IMG/VR virus record: IMGVR_UViG_3300028864_000007
Coordinates: 1-50,988 of that record
Length of the DNA stretch: 50,988 bases
DNA from: a virus
Lineage: Duplodnaviria > Caudoviricetes
Strand: one strand, 5' to 3'
Position numbers and translations under genes: made by a program. Shown in pieces: positions 1 to 9,230 of the stretch. Within the stretch, counting starts at the first letter, position 1, and each line of letters begins with the position of its first letter. The notes under the pieces were generated by a model. That model had not been told where the DNA came from and searched no databases. It was given only the letters and a program-made list of their open reading frames with translations.

Positions 1-127
1 CCTCTTTTCTTATTTAGTGTAACTGCTTATTATATATCGTCCTCGTCTTCAAATTCAGTATAAAAGCATGGGCCACAGATACCAGATATTAATAACTCTC
101 GTTTGTCTGCTTCCATATCTGGAAATG
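1..127. repeat. Terminal direct repeat, left copy (assembly overlap; circular or circularly permuted genome of ~50,861 bp)
   Basis: Bases 1-127 are identical to 50862-50988; 127 is a common de Bruijn k-mer length. Confidence 0.95.
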
Positions 128-233
128 CAGTTTGTATTGGAGTTCCTGCTTGCCAAGCATTGTACTCTTCAATCTTGAAGCATATTTTGTGGACTGCGCC
201 ACAGACAATACATGCCTTCTTAATGTGTGCCAT
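30..233 (-). CDS. Small Zn-binding hypothetical protein
   Basis: 67 aa with CIVC and CGPC pairs; last gene of the minus-strand block. Confidence 0.75.
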   Translation of the reverse strand: MAHIKKACIVCGAVHKICFKIEEYNAWQAGTPIQTAFPDMEADKRELLISGICGPCFYTEFEDEDDI

Positions 234-234
234 A

Positions 235-387
235 CTAGATGTCCCATTCGCTAAGTGCTATTTGACAAGCACGGTTAATACCACTCGTTTCGTTCATTGC
301 CTGAAGTGCTGCAGCAACAACTTCAGTTTCAAGTCCATGCTCTCTTGCTTGAGCAAGCATACTTCTAACAGCTTCGTAATCTTCCAT
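235..387 (-). CDS. Hypothetical protein, 50 aa (below ORF-track cutoff)
   Basis: Hand translation MEDYEAVRSMLAQAREHGLETEVV...LSEWDI*; fills the gap between neighbours exactly. Confidence 0.65.
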   Translation of the reverse strand: MEDYEAVRSMLAQAREHGLETEVVAAALQAMNETSGINRACQIALSEWDI

Positions 388-391
388 TGAA

Positions 392-592
392 TTATGAATT
401 TAGTGTACGTTCAACTTGTGTTAGAGCCAAATCGAGCTTTTCAACTGGCATGCTATCAACTACTTCATCAATAGACTTTGTTAAGTCATCATGTGAATAC
501 ATTCTTTTAAACATCTGCTGTCGCTTTTCATTGCAACTGGCTAACTGACTTTTTATTTCAGTTCTCATGTACTTTTCAACATTTACATTCAT
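392..592 (-). CDS. Hypothetical protein
   Basis: 66-aa ORF in tightly packed minus-strand block. Confidence 0.7.
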   Translation of the reverse strand: MNVNVEKYMRTEIKSQLASCNEKRQQMFKRMYSHDDLTKSIDEVVDSMPVEKLDLALTQVERTLNS

Positions 593-738
593 GTGTTCTT
601 CTTTTTTAAATAATTATTTTGTGCAATTGTATTTTTTGGTGTGTATGACCAACCACAGTCACAAACATATATAACTAAATAAGGCTCGCTCTTTTGTTTA
701 GTCGGTTTGATATTAGCTCCACAGTGACCACAAATCAT
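589..738 (-). CDS. Small Zn-ribbon protein, 49 aa
   Basis: Hand translation MICGHCG...YVCDCGW...; stop overlaps the next start (ATGA). Confidence 0.6.
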   Translation of the reverse strand: MICGHCGANIKPTKQKSEPYLVIYVCDCGWSYTPKNTIAQNNYLKKKNT

Positions 739-884
739 TATTCAGCTATTAAAGTTGTGTCAGTGTCATAAGCCATTTGGTCGTAGTATGCTGCTTCCTC
801 TTTATTGATTTGAGCATCATATTGTCCTGCTGCAATGAATATAGCAGCCACGATTAAAAGCAGTATCAGTTTCTTGTGCTTCAT
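738..884 (-). CDS. Small membrane-anchored protein, 48 aa
   Basis: Hand translation MKHKKLILLLIVAAIFIAAG...; TAATG coupling to the next gene. Confidence 0.6.
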   Translation of the reverse strand: MKHKKLILLLIVAAIFIAAGQYDAQINKEEAAYYDQMAYDTDTTLIAE

Positions 885-885
885 A

Positions 886-1167
886 TTATTTAGTTGTTAG
901 ATAAGTGATTTTAATTTTCTTGTTTTGCTGACCTTTTCTTAAAAGCCTGCTATTACATTGCTGTTTGATTAAGTCGCGCTTCATTTTGTCAAGCATTTTT
1001 GCATATTGCTCATGCAATTCCCAGCCATCAAGTTTGGCCATCTTCTTTTTTAACTTGCGAGGTATTCGCCCAATGCCGAAAGCATTTAAACTGAATGGCT
1101 TAATACTCTTGATGTCAACTAATATATGCTGACCATTACTTTCTATGATACAATCTGGTGTTCCCAT
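886..1167 (-). CDS. Hypothetical basic protein
   Basis: 93-aa ORF packed between neighbours. Confidence 0.65.
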   Translation of the reverse strand: MGTPDCIIESNGQHILVDIKSIKPFSLNAFGIGRIPRKLKKKMAKLDGWELHEQYAKMLDKMKRDLIKQQCNSRLLRKGQQNKKIKITYLTTK

Positions 1168-1172
1168 CTTAT

Positions 1173-1427
1173 TTAATATTTATACTTCTTTTGAATTAGA
1201 GCTTTGAACTCGTCCATATCTGTGAACAACTGGCCATTCGATATGCACTTCCTTAGTTCATCAGCATTAAAGTACATTGGTTTGATACTTATTTTGCCAG
1301 TGACTTTGTCCTTCCACACTCGTACATGAGTTTTATCTTTTGCTGCTGTGATGATGTCTAGCAATTGGTCTTTCGTGTACTGCGCTTTGATTTCTTCTTG
1401 CGTGAATGCTGGTTCAATCTTACTCAT
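1173..1427 (-). CDS. Hypothetical protein
   Basis: Start moved to MSKIEPAF (1427) to avoid a long overlap with 1429-1749. Confidence 0.65.
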   Translation of the reverse strand: MSKIEPAFTQEEIKAQYTKDQLLDIITAAKDKTHVRVWKDKVTGKISIKPMYFNADELRKCISNGQLFTDMDEFKALIQKKYKY

Positions 1428-1428
1428 A

Positions 1429-1749
1429 TTATCGTGGACTTTCTTTAAAGTTGAAGTAACTGCACGTATCTGTCTTGCTTGTATACTTGCCACGTGAGTC
1501 AACCATACAGAATACATTCTCTTTGTTAACTGAGGCGTATTCACAGTTTTGGCAAATGCCAACATGAGGTTTGATGACTCTCAGTATTTCTTGAGTTGTG
1601 TTGTGCTGGTCAAGTTCACTGATTCTGATGACATCTTCAATGCTTGCCAATCTGCCTAACTGGCACTGAACAACAGCTAGTTCTTCAGGTGCAAGACGAC
1701 TCATAACCATTGTAATCATCTGCTTTAGAATTTTATGGCTATTAATCAT
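1429..1749 (-). CDS. Hypothetical protein with C-terminal Cys cluster
   Basis: CQNC...C...C motif; operon packing. Confidence 0.65.
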   Translation of the reverse strand: MINSHKILKQMITMVMSRLAPEELAVVQCQLGRLASIEDVIRISELDQHNTTQEILRVIKPHVGICQNCEYASVNKENVFCMVDSRGKYTSKTDTCSYFNFKESPR

Positions 1750-1919
1750 TTTGGCAGTATTATTGTGTTTGGGTCACTTGGTTCAATCATGAACTCAACT
1801 AAATCTAGCATTTGTGAAGTGTACCCATATTGGGCAGACTTCATAACTACTATTTCATTCTTGAAGTCAATGCTGACTGCATCATGAATTGTGTCTGTTT
1901 CCTTATCTCTGATTTTCAT
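1746..1919 (-). CDS. Hypothetical protein, 57 aa
   Basis: Hand translation MKIRDKETDTIHDAVSIDFKNE...; ATGA overlap with the next gene. Confidence 0.6.
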   Translation of the reverse strand: MKIRDKETDTIHDAVSIDFKNEIVVMKSAQYGYTSQMLDLVEFMIEPSDPNTIILPK

Positions 1920-1920
1920 A

Positions 1921-2262
1921 TTACTTAACCGTTAATTCATCAATCTCTTTAAGTAATTCTGTGATGACTTTTATAACTCCACATCTTTCGATGTACTGAC
2001 CTTTACCATCACTAACACATACCAACTCACCAAAGTCTTCATCATATGTGCTCAAGCCTTGCATCAACAATTCAATTCTTAATTTGTTGTCATCATCATT
2101 GATGGCCCAACCTTGAATTGTAAATGGCTGAGGACCAAGTGCAGTTTCAGCAATTTTCCTTATGAGTGCATATGTGACCTTATCAAAGTCAGTGAAGTCA
2201 TCGCCAAGGTCAAACCCAACAATGCTCTTTACAGATGTACCAATATTAATTTTCATCTTCAT
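1921..2262 (-). CDS. Hypothetical protein
   Basis: 113-aa ORF; operon packing. Confidence 0.65.
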   Translation of the reverse strand: MKMKINIGTSVKSIVGFDLGDDFTDFDKVTYALIRKIAETALGPQPFTIQGWAINDDDNKLRIELLMQGLSTYDEDFGELVCVSDGKGQYIERCGVIKVITELLKEIDELTVK

Positions 2263-2641
2263 TATAGATTTGTCCGTGAATATCTTGCGATTTCAAATAC
2301 TCAACACTATTGTCGATGCCACCGATTGGGTAGGGTGTATAGTATGCCTTCGCAGTCATAGACATGTTCATTAATGCTACTACTCTGCGTGACATTTTCT
2401 CATAGAGGTTCATTGCCCTTATTGACATTTCCATACTCTTAAGTGCAAGAGCCATGCAATATTTCTTAAGAATGCCTTGCTCATCATTACATTCACTATT
2501 AAGTTTATTCGCAACTTCTTTGTACTCTAATGCAGCTTTTAGCAACTTCTTAGTACGTTCAAACCACATTGCCTCAATCTCAATAAGAGTTGTGACTGAT
2601 TTGACATCTTTAAACCTGATTACTTCCATATTATTCAGCAT
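2246..2641 (-). CDS. Hypothetical helical protein
   Basis: 131-aa ORF; operon packing. Confidence 0.65.
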   Translation of the reverse strand: MLNNMEVIRFKDVKSVTTLIEIEAMWFERTKKLLKAALEYKEVANKLNSECNDEQGILKKYCMALALKSMEMSIRAMNLYEKMSRRVVALMNMSMTAKAYYTPYPIGGIDNSVEYLKSQDIHGQIYNEDEN

Positions 2642-2801
2642 TAAAGATTTTGGTAATGTTCACAGCTTCTAACTCGACTAAGTCAAGGACATTAGCTTCT
2701 GCATTGGCTCCATTGGAGATTACTACTAACTCTTCAGCGAACTTAAGGAGTCTGATTTGCAGCTCAAGATGCTGCTTCCGTGATTTGATAGGAGGTGTCA
2801 T
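2631..2801 (-). CDS. Hypothetical protein, 56 aa
   Basis: Hand translation MTPPIKSRKQHLELQIRLLKFAEE...; fills the gap. Confidence 0.55.
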   Translation of the reverse strand: MTPPIKSRKQHLELQIRLLKFAEELVVISNGANAEANVLDLVELEAVNITKIFNAE

Positions 2802-2823
2802 GTTTCTTTGTTATTAGTGAATA

Positions 2824-3024
2824 TTAGATAATTTGTTTACTATCAACTACATAATTGCTAACCTCTTTTGTGGCAGCATTGAAATTGAAGTGGTAAGTAG
2901 TGTGAACATCAGAGTATCTCAGTGTCACATTCGCAAACCTGTAATATGAGTCTATCTCATAGTCGTATGCTTCTTTCTGTTCTAAGAACTCGAATACAGC
3001 TTTCAGTACAAATAATGGTGCCAT
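2824..3024 (-). CDS. Hypothetical protein
   Basis: 66-aa ORF downstream of a putative promoter. Confidence 0.65.
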   Translation of the reverse strand: MAPLFVLKAVFEFLEQKEAYDYEIDSYYRFANVTLRYSDVHTTYHFNFNAATKEVSNYVVDSKQII

Positions 3025-3047
3025 AATGCTGTTGAATTAATTAAGTA

Positions 3048-3115
3048 TAAAAGTAAAACATATTTTTGACATTAAACATTAAAGTATGTTAAATATTATT
3101 AGCATAAATGTTAAA
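3048..3115 (-). promoter_or_regulatory. Putative leftward promoter (-7 variant TACTTTTA) with upstream TTAAC boxes
   Basis: Resembles Bacteroidota TAnnTTTG; TTAA box 34 bp upstream, as at 4692 and 5209. Confidence 0.45.
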
Positions 3116-3583
3116 TAATATTTAGCTATTTTAGGCTGATTGGTGATGCCTAATTACAATTCTTTTATTAGACTGCATCTGACCGAAATAGGCTCAATCA
3201 GATAACCTAGAATTATTAGAAACTGCGTTTGAACTGAGTAGTCATATAAATATGTGTAGTTCAATATGAACGAAATAGCCTTAAATTTAGCGCTTTCTAG
3301 CTACATCGTGACATAATATTTATATAGACGATAAGTTGTTTAAGTCAATAAAAATAGTAGCCTAAAATCAACTCAGTAATAGGCCATTATTCATATGTGC
3401 CACAGACGCATAGGAACAGCTCAGATAGCCTAGAATGATATGAGTGTATACTTATATAGCTACGTTTATTTCATTCAATTCTAGGACGTCTGAGCTGCCA
3501 CCATAAATGAGTATTTGACTACTACATAATATGTATATGTGAATGAATGTGAATGACAATTTGTGCTATTGTTAAAATATATG

Positions 3584-3613
3584 AATGTGAATAAATGTGA
3601 ATAAATGTGAATA
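3584..3613. repeat. Tandem repeat (AATGTGAATA)x3
   Basis: Three exact 10-bp units; inverted copy TATTCACATT at 5898-5907. Confidence 0.8.
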
Positions 3614-3631
3614 CGCCGATAGGACCGCATG

Positions 3632-3663
3632 AAAAAAGTGGCCATCTCACGATGACCACTTTC
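3632..3663 (-). terminator. Rho-independent terminator after 3691-4638
   Basis: Minus strand AAAGTGGTCATC-GTGA-GATGGCCACTTTTTT. Confidence 0.8.
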
Positions 3664-3690
3664 CAATCAAACTAAAAAACTGCCGAGATA

Positions 3691-4638
3691 TTATGCCAAT
3701 GGGTCGATGTTTTCAGCTTCGAGTGCGGCGGCTTTGACGGCTTCAACTGAGGCATCAAAGTCTGCCTGGCGAGCTGCTACGAGCTTCGTGATGCGTTCCA
3801 ATTCGTTCTGAGCGGACTTAAGTGCGGTGGCAGCCACTTCCTGTCTCTTTTCAGGACTCTTGGCAATTTCGTTGCGAACTGCTTCGGCTTCTGCGTAAGC
3901 GGCAGCAATCTTTTCGTCCACTTCTTCGCTGACTTCCATTGGAGAGCCAAAAGTTTTGTGCGCCAGAGTGCTATCTTCCAATTTGACGCGGACGATAACA
4001 CGTTCGCTACGTTTGTCGATGTAGGCAGTGATTGCGATGCCGGAGACGACTTCTTCGCCTTTGAATGCTTTGAAAGATACCTTGTGGCCGATGACCAAAC
4101 CAGCAGCATCCAAGTCCTTCTGCAAATCTTCGTCAGACATTTCCTTTTTGGTGCGGTTGCCACCACGTACGGAAGTCATTTCGACTGTTTCTTCGCTCAC
4201 TTTGACCAATTTGGAGTCGTATGCTTTTACGATGCGATGACCATCAGCGACGATTTTGATGCCGATGAGAGGCTTGTTGGTGCGTTTGTCATTGATGATG
4301 TTGGTGACGATACCGTCGGTCCATTCGGCAGTGTTGAAAGGCACTACGGTACATTTGTGGCCAACCATTTCGGTTGTGAGCTTCAACACAAGGGCTGCAC
4401 ATTCTTCGTCAGACATCTTGGGCCTTTCAGGTGCAACCTTCTCAGCTTTCTCGGCTGATTCTGTGCCTTCTTCAGCGGGTTGTTTACTTGTGGATTCCCC
4501 TGCAGGGACTTCACTTTTCTGTTGTTCACGCGATGCCAGTACTTCGTTGATGATGACTGCTTCTTCGGCAGATACTGCGGACAATAGTCCATTCAACTTC
4601 TTTGACGTCATTTTGCTGTAATCTTCTTTTGTTGCCAT
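3691..4638 (-). CDS. Hypothetical protein with two tandem ~75-aa beta-rich domains and C-terminal coiled coil
   Basis: 315 aa; repeated MSDE...GHK...G......DKR...VSEE pattern; own promoter and terminator; GC-richer codons. Confidence 0.85.
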   Translation of the reverse strand: MATKEDYSKMTSKKLNGLLSAVSAEEAVIINEVLASREQQKSEVPAGESTSKQPAEEGTESAEKAEKVAPERPKMSDEECAALVLKLTTEMVGHKCTVVPFNTAEWTDGIVTNIINDKRTNKPLIGIKIVADGHRIVKAYDSKLVKVSEETVEMTSVRGGNRTKKEMSDEDLQKDLDAAGLVIGHKVSFKAFKGEEVVSGIAITAYIDKRSERVIVRVKLEDSTLAHKTFGSPMEVSEEVDEKIAAAYAEAEAVRNEIAKSPEKRQEVAATALKSAQNELERITKLVAARQADFDASVEAVKAAALEAENIDPLA

Positions 4639-4684
4639 GATGATGGTAATTAATAGTTAATAATTGTTTAGAAAAATTGTTATG

Positions 4685-4740
4685 TAAAACTAATGATTTA
4701 ATTCGATATGCGAAAGTTTTAAATGTTAAATAATGTTAAA
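4685..4740 (-). promoter_or_regulatory. Putative leftward promoter (-7 variant TAGTTTTA) with two TTAAC boxes
   Basis: Boxes at 4724 and 4734 (10-bp phase); 34 bp from the -7 element. Confidence 0.5.
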
Positions 4741-4899
4741 ACTATTTCTTCCAATTTGCCGTGTCTTCTATGGCCATCTTCTTGGCAAGGGCTGAATGTT
4801 TCATGATGGTGCAATTCTTTTTTGCTGAAGTCTTAGAACCAATCCTTTAAGTCTTCATAGAAGTATTCCTGTTTGAACTCCATGAGCTCTTCAGAGGAT

Positions 4900-5142
4900 T
4901 TAATATCTAACTGATATTGTCATATAAACAACTTTCTTTTCTTCATCATAGTCAAACCAACAACCTTCTCCAAGAGCTTCAAATAAGTGGCCTAAACGGG
5001 AATGGTGAAATACGACTGAATAGGAACCATCTGCATTAATGCCAAAAACATGAATATAATGGCCATCTACTTCAAACTTTATTTGCTTGCACCTGTTCTC
5101 AACTGACTCAGTTAGTACTGTTAAAATGTCTTTTGTTTTCAT
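4900..5142 (-). CDS. Hypothetical protein
   Basis: 80-aa ORF, first of the minus-strand block. Confidence 0.65.
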   Translation of the reverse strand: MKTKDILTVLTESVENRCKQIKFEVDGHYIHVFGINADGSYSVVFHHSRLGHLFEALGEGCWFDYDEEKKVVYMTISVRY

Positions 5143-5201
5143 GTTAAATTAGTGTTAAATTAGTGTTAATGTTAATTAGTTGCTGTGTTATTTTCATATA
5201 G

Positions 5202-5292
5202 CTAAAGTACTGTGATTTTGAGACATTGGTGCTGTGCATTAGTTAAAAAGTGTTAAAAAGAATGTTAAAAAGAATGTCAAAATATGTTAACA
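5202..5292 (-). promoter_or_regulatory. Putative leftward promoter (-7 variant TACTTTAG) with phased TTAAC boxes
   Basis: Boxes at 5241, 5251, 5263, 5285; first is 34 bp from the -7 element. Confidence 0.45.
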
Positions 5293-5526
5293 GTTTTTTA
5301 AGCTTTTGGGGATTAATATTATGATTTCAAATCTATTTAGATGCGCTTTTAGGTGTGATATTGATGTTTGGGATATAAACCTTTATTATAATATTGGATT
5401 ATATAGTTATGTCTTAAAATAGCCTAAAAATGATTGTGTCAAATATGTCATATATAGTTTAACAATGAAATAGTTTATTGGACAAACAATTAATATGTTA
5501 AATAACTTATACAAATAATATTTATT

Positions 5527-5676
5527 ATGTCAAATAGTTTATATGTCAAATAGTTTCATATATGAAATAGTTTTATCATAATATATTTTAACATATTAAT
5601 ATTTATATGTTTGAAACATTTATTCATATTAATATTTATACGAATGAAATAGTTTATATGTCAAATAGTTTCATAT
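5527..5676. repeat. AT-rich direct repeats built on ATGTCAAATAGTTT / ATGAAATAGTTT units
   Basis: 30-bp exact duplication 5532-5561 = 5647-5676, plus further AAATAGTTT units. Confidence 0.8.
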
Positions 5677-6326
5677 GGAAAATATATTTAATATTAAATA
5701 TGTTGATAAGAAATAATGTTAATTGGCAAATATGTCATAATAAAATAATGTCATATTCGAATTAGGTCAATGAGAATATATTTCATAAATGAAAATACTT
5801 TTAGTTGAAATTATGTTTATTGTTAAATATGTCGGATTTGGGCATGACAAAATGTCATGGGAGCAATATGCCAAATTGTCACATTCGATTTCACGTTTAT
5901 TCACATTTCAGATTACAGCCAACCAGCATGTTTATTCATCCTAAATTAACAATTTGGTCACACCCCAACATTCACATTGAGTTAACATGTTAGTAACATG
6001 ACTCGGCATATGCCAATATGGCATAAAATAATCGAATAATATGACATTATGGCATATTCCTTAACATTGATATTTAACGTATGATTTAACGTTATTTAAC
6101 AGTTGGCATACATCTTAATTCGGTTTTTTCATGTACTTTATAAGCCAGGCCCCTTTTTGACCTGGCTGGCCCCATACTAGTACCATCCGGCAGGTTGTGC
6201 GTACGGACACAATTCTATTATTAGTAGAGGAGGGCCCATAATAAGAAATCACCAATTAGGAAAATTGCCTCTCAAAATTTTATTACTCATAATAGATTCA
6301 TCTGATATTAACCAATCAAGGTGATA

Positions 6327-6627
6327 GAAACAAGAGTAGAAACAATAATAAACAATAATAAACAATGCTTTGTTTCTTCATAACTTATTGAAAATCAACT
6401 CTTTATAAGCAAATAAACAATATAAACAATAAATTATATATAACTATATCATATATAATAGATATGGCCAATATTTAACATATTAATTCCTAATACAAAA
6501 GCATATAAATAAATATAGCCCGGGCCTTGTTGGAAATTTTAGTTTCTTTGTTTTTATTGTTTCTACTCATTTATAAAGAGTTGAAAATCAATAAGTTATA
6601 TTGTTTCTTATTGTTTACTCTTGTTTC
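6327..6627. repeat. Large imperfect inverted-repeat element with AAACAA(T) iterons; origin-like, copy A
   Basis: GAAACAAGAGTA 6327 / TACTCTTGTTTC 6616; 28-bp inverted pair 6381-6408 / 6571-6598; homologous to 31069-31270. Confidence 0.8.
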
Positions 6628-6883
6628 TCGTTTGGACATTGTTTACATGCAGGACAGCCCATGAGGAAAATGGCTGTTTGGGAATTAACAATTTAATAAT
6701 GTAACTCTTACCATCCACAAAAGCATATTTTTATGTGCTTTGTGTGGAGAGTAACAATTAATTAATGTTCTCAACAACTATAAAAGTCAACTGCATGATA
6801 AAAATGATGCTAAAATGCTTTATCATGTCACAAATAATCATCATATTTATAGCTGCTATTGTCTCACATAACATCTTTATTTC

Positions 6884-7561
6884 ATGACAACTGACATAAA
6901 AGATGAACTCAAATCATTATTACCAGACCGGAATTTACCAATCAGCCTAAATTCCAATCAAGGTGAAAGTGAACAGAACATCGAAGAACAAGCAAACAAG
7001 ATTACTCGCAAGAAGGATGACGCCGAGATTCGTCGTCTACAAAAACGTGCTTATGACAATCTAAAGCACGAAGGTAAGCTCAAAACTGATGGTAATCAAG
7101 AGTATGAGATAATTGAAACACAAGAATTGGAGCACAGACGTAAGCCTGCACTTGGTGGTGAACTCGCTCACCTCAATGGGACTACACCTCCGCAGGTGGC
7201 GCGCTTATTAAAGTCACTCAATATAAATCTCGATATACAGTTGACAAAGACCGACACCAAAAACCTACTTGCAACACTCCTTACATGCAATGAATACCAA
7301 CTTAAAGGTCTAGCAGCAAATAACAAAACTCCATTAGCTATCAAAATTGTCATTAAAGCATTACAAGTAGCAGCTACGACTGGTGACATGTCAGTAGTTG
7401 AGTCTCTGTGGAATAGAATATTCGGTCCAACAGCATTTCAAATAGATTTGGGCCAAGTCCAGGGACAAGCAGGTGCAAATGGCATGCTACCTCAAGGCCC
7501 GATGAGCCGTGAAGCTTATGTGATGATAAGAGAGACTCTCATTGGCATAAAAGAGCAGTAA
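6884..7561 (+). CDS. Putative terminase small subunit
   Basis: Helical 225-aa protein immediately upstream of TerL; call is positional. Confidence 0.55.
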   Translation: MTTDIKDELKSLLPDRNLPISLNSNQGESEQNIEEQANKITRKKDDAEIRRLQKRAYDNLKHEGKLKTDGNQEYEIIETQELEHRRKPALGGELAHLNGTTPPQVARLLKSLNINLDIQLTKTDTKNLLATLLTCNEYQLKGLAANNKTPLAIKIVIKALQVAATTGDMSVVESLWNRIFGPTAFQIDLGQVQGQAGANGMLPQGPMSREAYVMIRETLIGIKEQ

Positions 7562-7562
7562 T

Positions 7563-9089
7563 ATGGTCACTACTATAGCAAAAGGCCAGATTGATGTAAT
7601 TGAAGCACTTAGACTCGAACTGTTATCAGACTTAGAGTCGTATGTGCGTGCCATGTATAAAGCACAGTACAAACGGAATTTCATTGTCAATGCTCACCAT
7701 AAACAGCTGTTTGCCGCACTCATTAGAGTGGTCGATGGAGACTGTAAACGGCTTATTATTAACATGCCACCACGATATTCCAAGACAGAAGTAGTCGTTA
7801 AGATGTTTATTAGTTGGTGTTATGCCCTTAATTCTGCATGCAAGTTTCTGCACTTGTCATACTCAGACATGCTTATTAAGGACAACAGCGATACTGTTAG
7901 GCAGATTATGATGTTGCCTATATACGAACAGCTGTTTCCAGGTAGTAAACTCGAAAAGACCAAGTCAAGCTCTAGTAGATGGAAGACTGAGCATGGAGGT
8001 GAGATGTATGCAGTATCAACACAAGGTCAGGTTACTGGGTTTGGTGCTGGTAAGGTCGATGATGACGAAACAGGTAATATAGACACATCATGGATTAACA
8101 CAGATGATGAATTTCTGCAGAAGTTAGGCCTTATTAATGCGAACAGCAATATCTTTGAAGGCGCACTAGTAATAGATGACCCATTGAAACCTGAAGATGC
8201 AATGTCGGACACAGTACGTGAACGAATCAATACACGGTTCGAATCAACAATACGAAATCGTGTCAATAGTAGAAATACGCCAATCATCATTATTATGCAG
8301 AGGTTGCATGAGCATGACTTATGTGGGTATCTGCAAGAAATTGAGCCAGACGAATGGGAAGTGTTGTCGTTACCTGCAATTCTTGTTGATGAAGAAACTG
8401 GTGAAGAAGAAGCACTGTGGCCAATGAAGCATACACTCGAAGAGCTTCACAAGATGAGAGCAGTCAACTCACTCATCTTTGATACTCAATACATGCAGAA
8501 CCCAAAACCTAAAGAAGGCCTCATGTATAGCCAAGGCTTTCGCACATATCAAACTGTCCCACACGATCCCAAAAATAAGATTTGCAACTACACAGATACT
8601 GCTGACACAGGTTCTGACAGTCTATGCTCAATCAATTTTGTTGAGACTCCAGAAGTTCTATACGTGACAGATGTTTTGTTCACTAGTAAACCAATGGAGT
8701 ACACTGAACCTGAGACTGCTAAGATGATACAGCTTGGGCGCGTGCAGCTCGCGCGTATAGAAAGTAATAATGGTGGACGCGGGTTTGCGCGGGCTATAGA
8801 AAAGATACTGCGTCGCTCATATAAAAATCACAGAACACAAGTAACTTGGTTTACTCAGACACTCAATAAGTTTGAACGTATATTCAATGCATCTGCAGAA
8901 GTCCAGAATATGATTTACTTTCCAGAAGACTGGGCTACAAGATGGCCACAGTTTTATCAAGCAATTACTTCATACAGAAAAGACAACAAGCGCAAGACTA
9001 TGCATGATGATGCACCAGATGCATTGACTGGAGTGTATGAAATGCATTGCAAAGCTGGCAAGAAAAAGAAGTTAAAACAGATGAATTAA
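7563..9089 (+). CDS. terL: Terminase large subunit
   Basis: Walker A INMPPRYSKT, Walker B LVIDDP, IMQRLHE, nuclease DTADTGSD and HDDAPDA. Confidence 0.95.
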   Translation: MVTTIAKGQIDVIEALRLELLSDLESYVRAMYKAQYKRNFIVNAHHKQLFAALIRVVDGDCKRLIINMPPRYSKTEVVVKMFISWCYALNSACKFLHLSYSDMLIKDNSDTVRQIMMLPIYEQLFPGSKLEKTKSSSSRWKTEHGGEMYAVSTQGQVTGFGAGKVDDDETGNIDTSWINTDDEFLQKLGLINANSNIFEGALVIDDPLKPEDAMSDTVRERINTRFESTIRNRVNSRNTPIIIIMQRLHEHDLCGYLQEIEPDEWEVLSLPAILVDEETGEEEALWPMKHTLEELHKMRAVNSLIFDTQYMQNPKPKEGLMYSQGFRTYQTVPHDPKNKICNYTDTADTGSDSLCSINFVETPEVLYVTDVLFTSKPMEYTEPETAKMIQLGRVQLARIESNNGGRGFARAIEKILRRSYKNHRTQVTWFTQTLNKFERIFNASAEVQNMIYFPEDWATRWPQFYQAITSYRKDNKRKTMHDDAPDALTGVYEMHCKAGKKKKLKQMN

Positions 9090-9092
9090 AAG

Positions 9093-9143
9093 TGTTAAAA
9101 AATGTTAAAAACGCATTTTATATGCAATTTTTTATTATATTTG
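9093..9143 (+). promoter_or_regulatory. Bacteroidota-type promoter (-7 TATATTTG) with two TGTTAA boxes
   Basis: TATATTTG at 9136-9143; boxes at 9093 and 9103. Confidence 0.65.
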
Positions 9144-9230
9144 TATACCAATAATTATTGAGTTTTCACGGGTAAAGAACGCAGTAATAAAGAAAACAAG
9201 TTTAAATTCAACAATCTAAATTTTAATCCT

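Noticed and set aside
3481-3666. 61-aa minus-strand ORF (and 5805-5993 plus-strand ORF)
   Set aside because: Both overlap terminator or repeat DNA and have low-complexity, implausible translations
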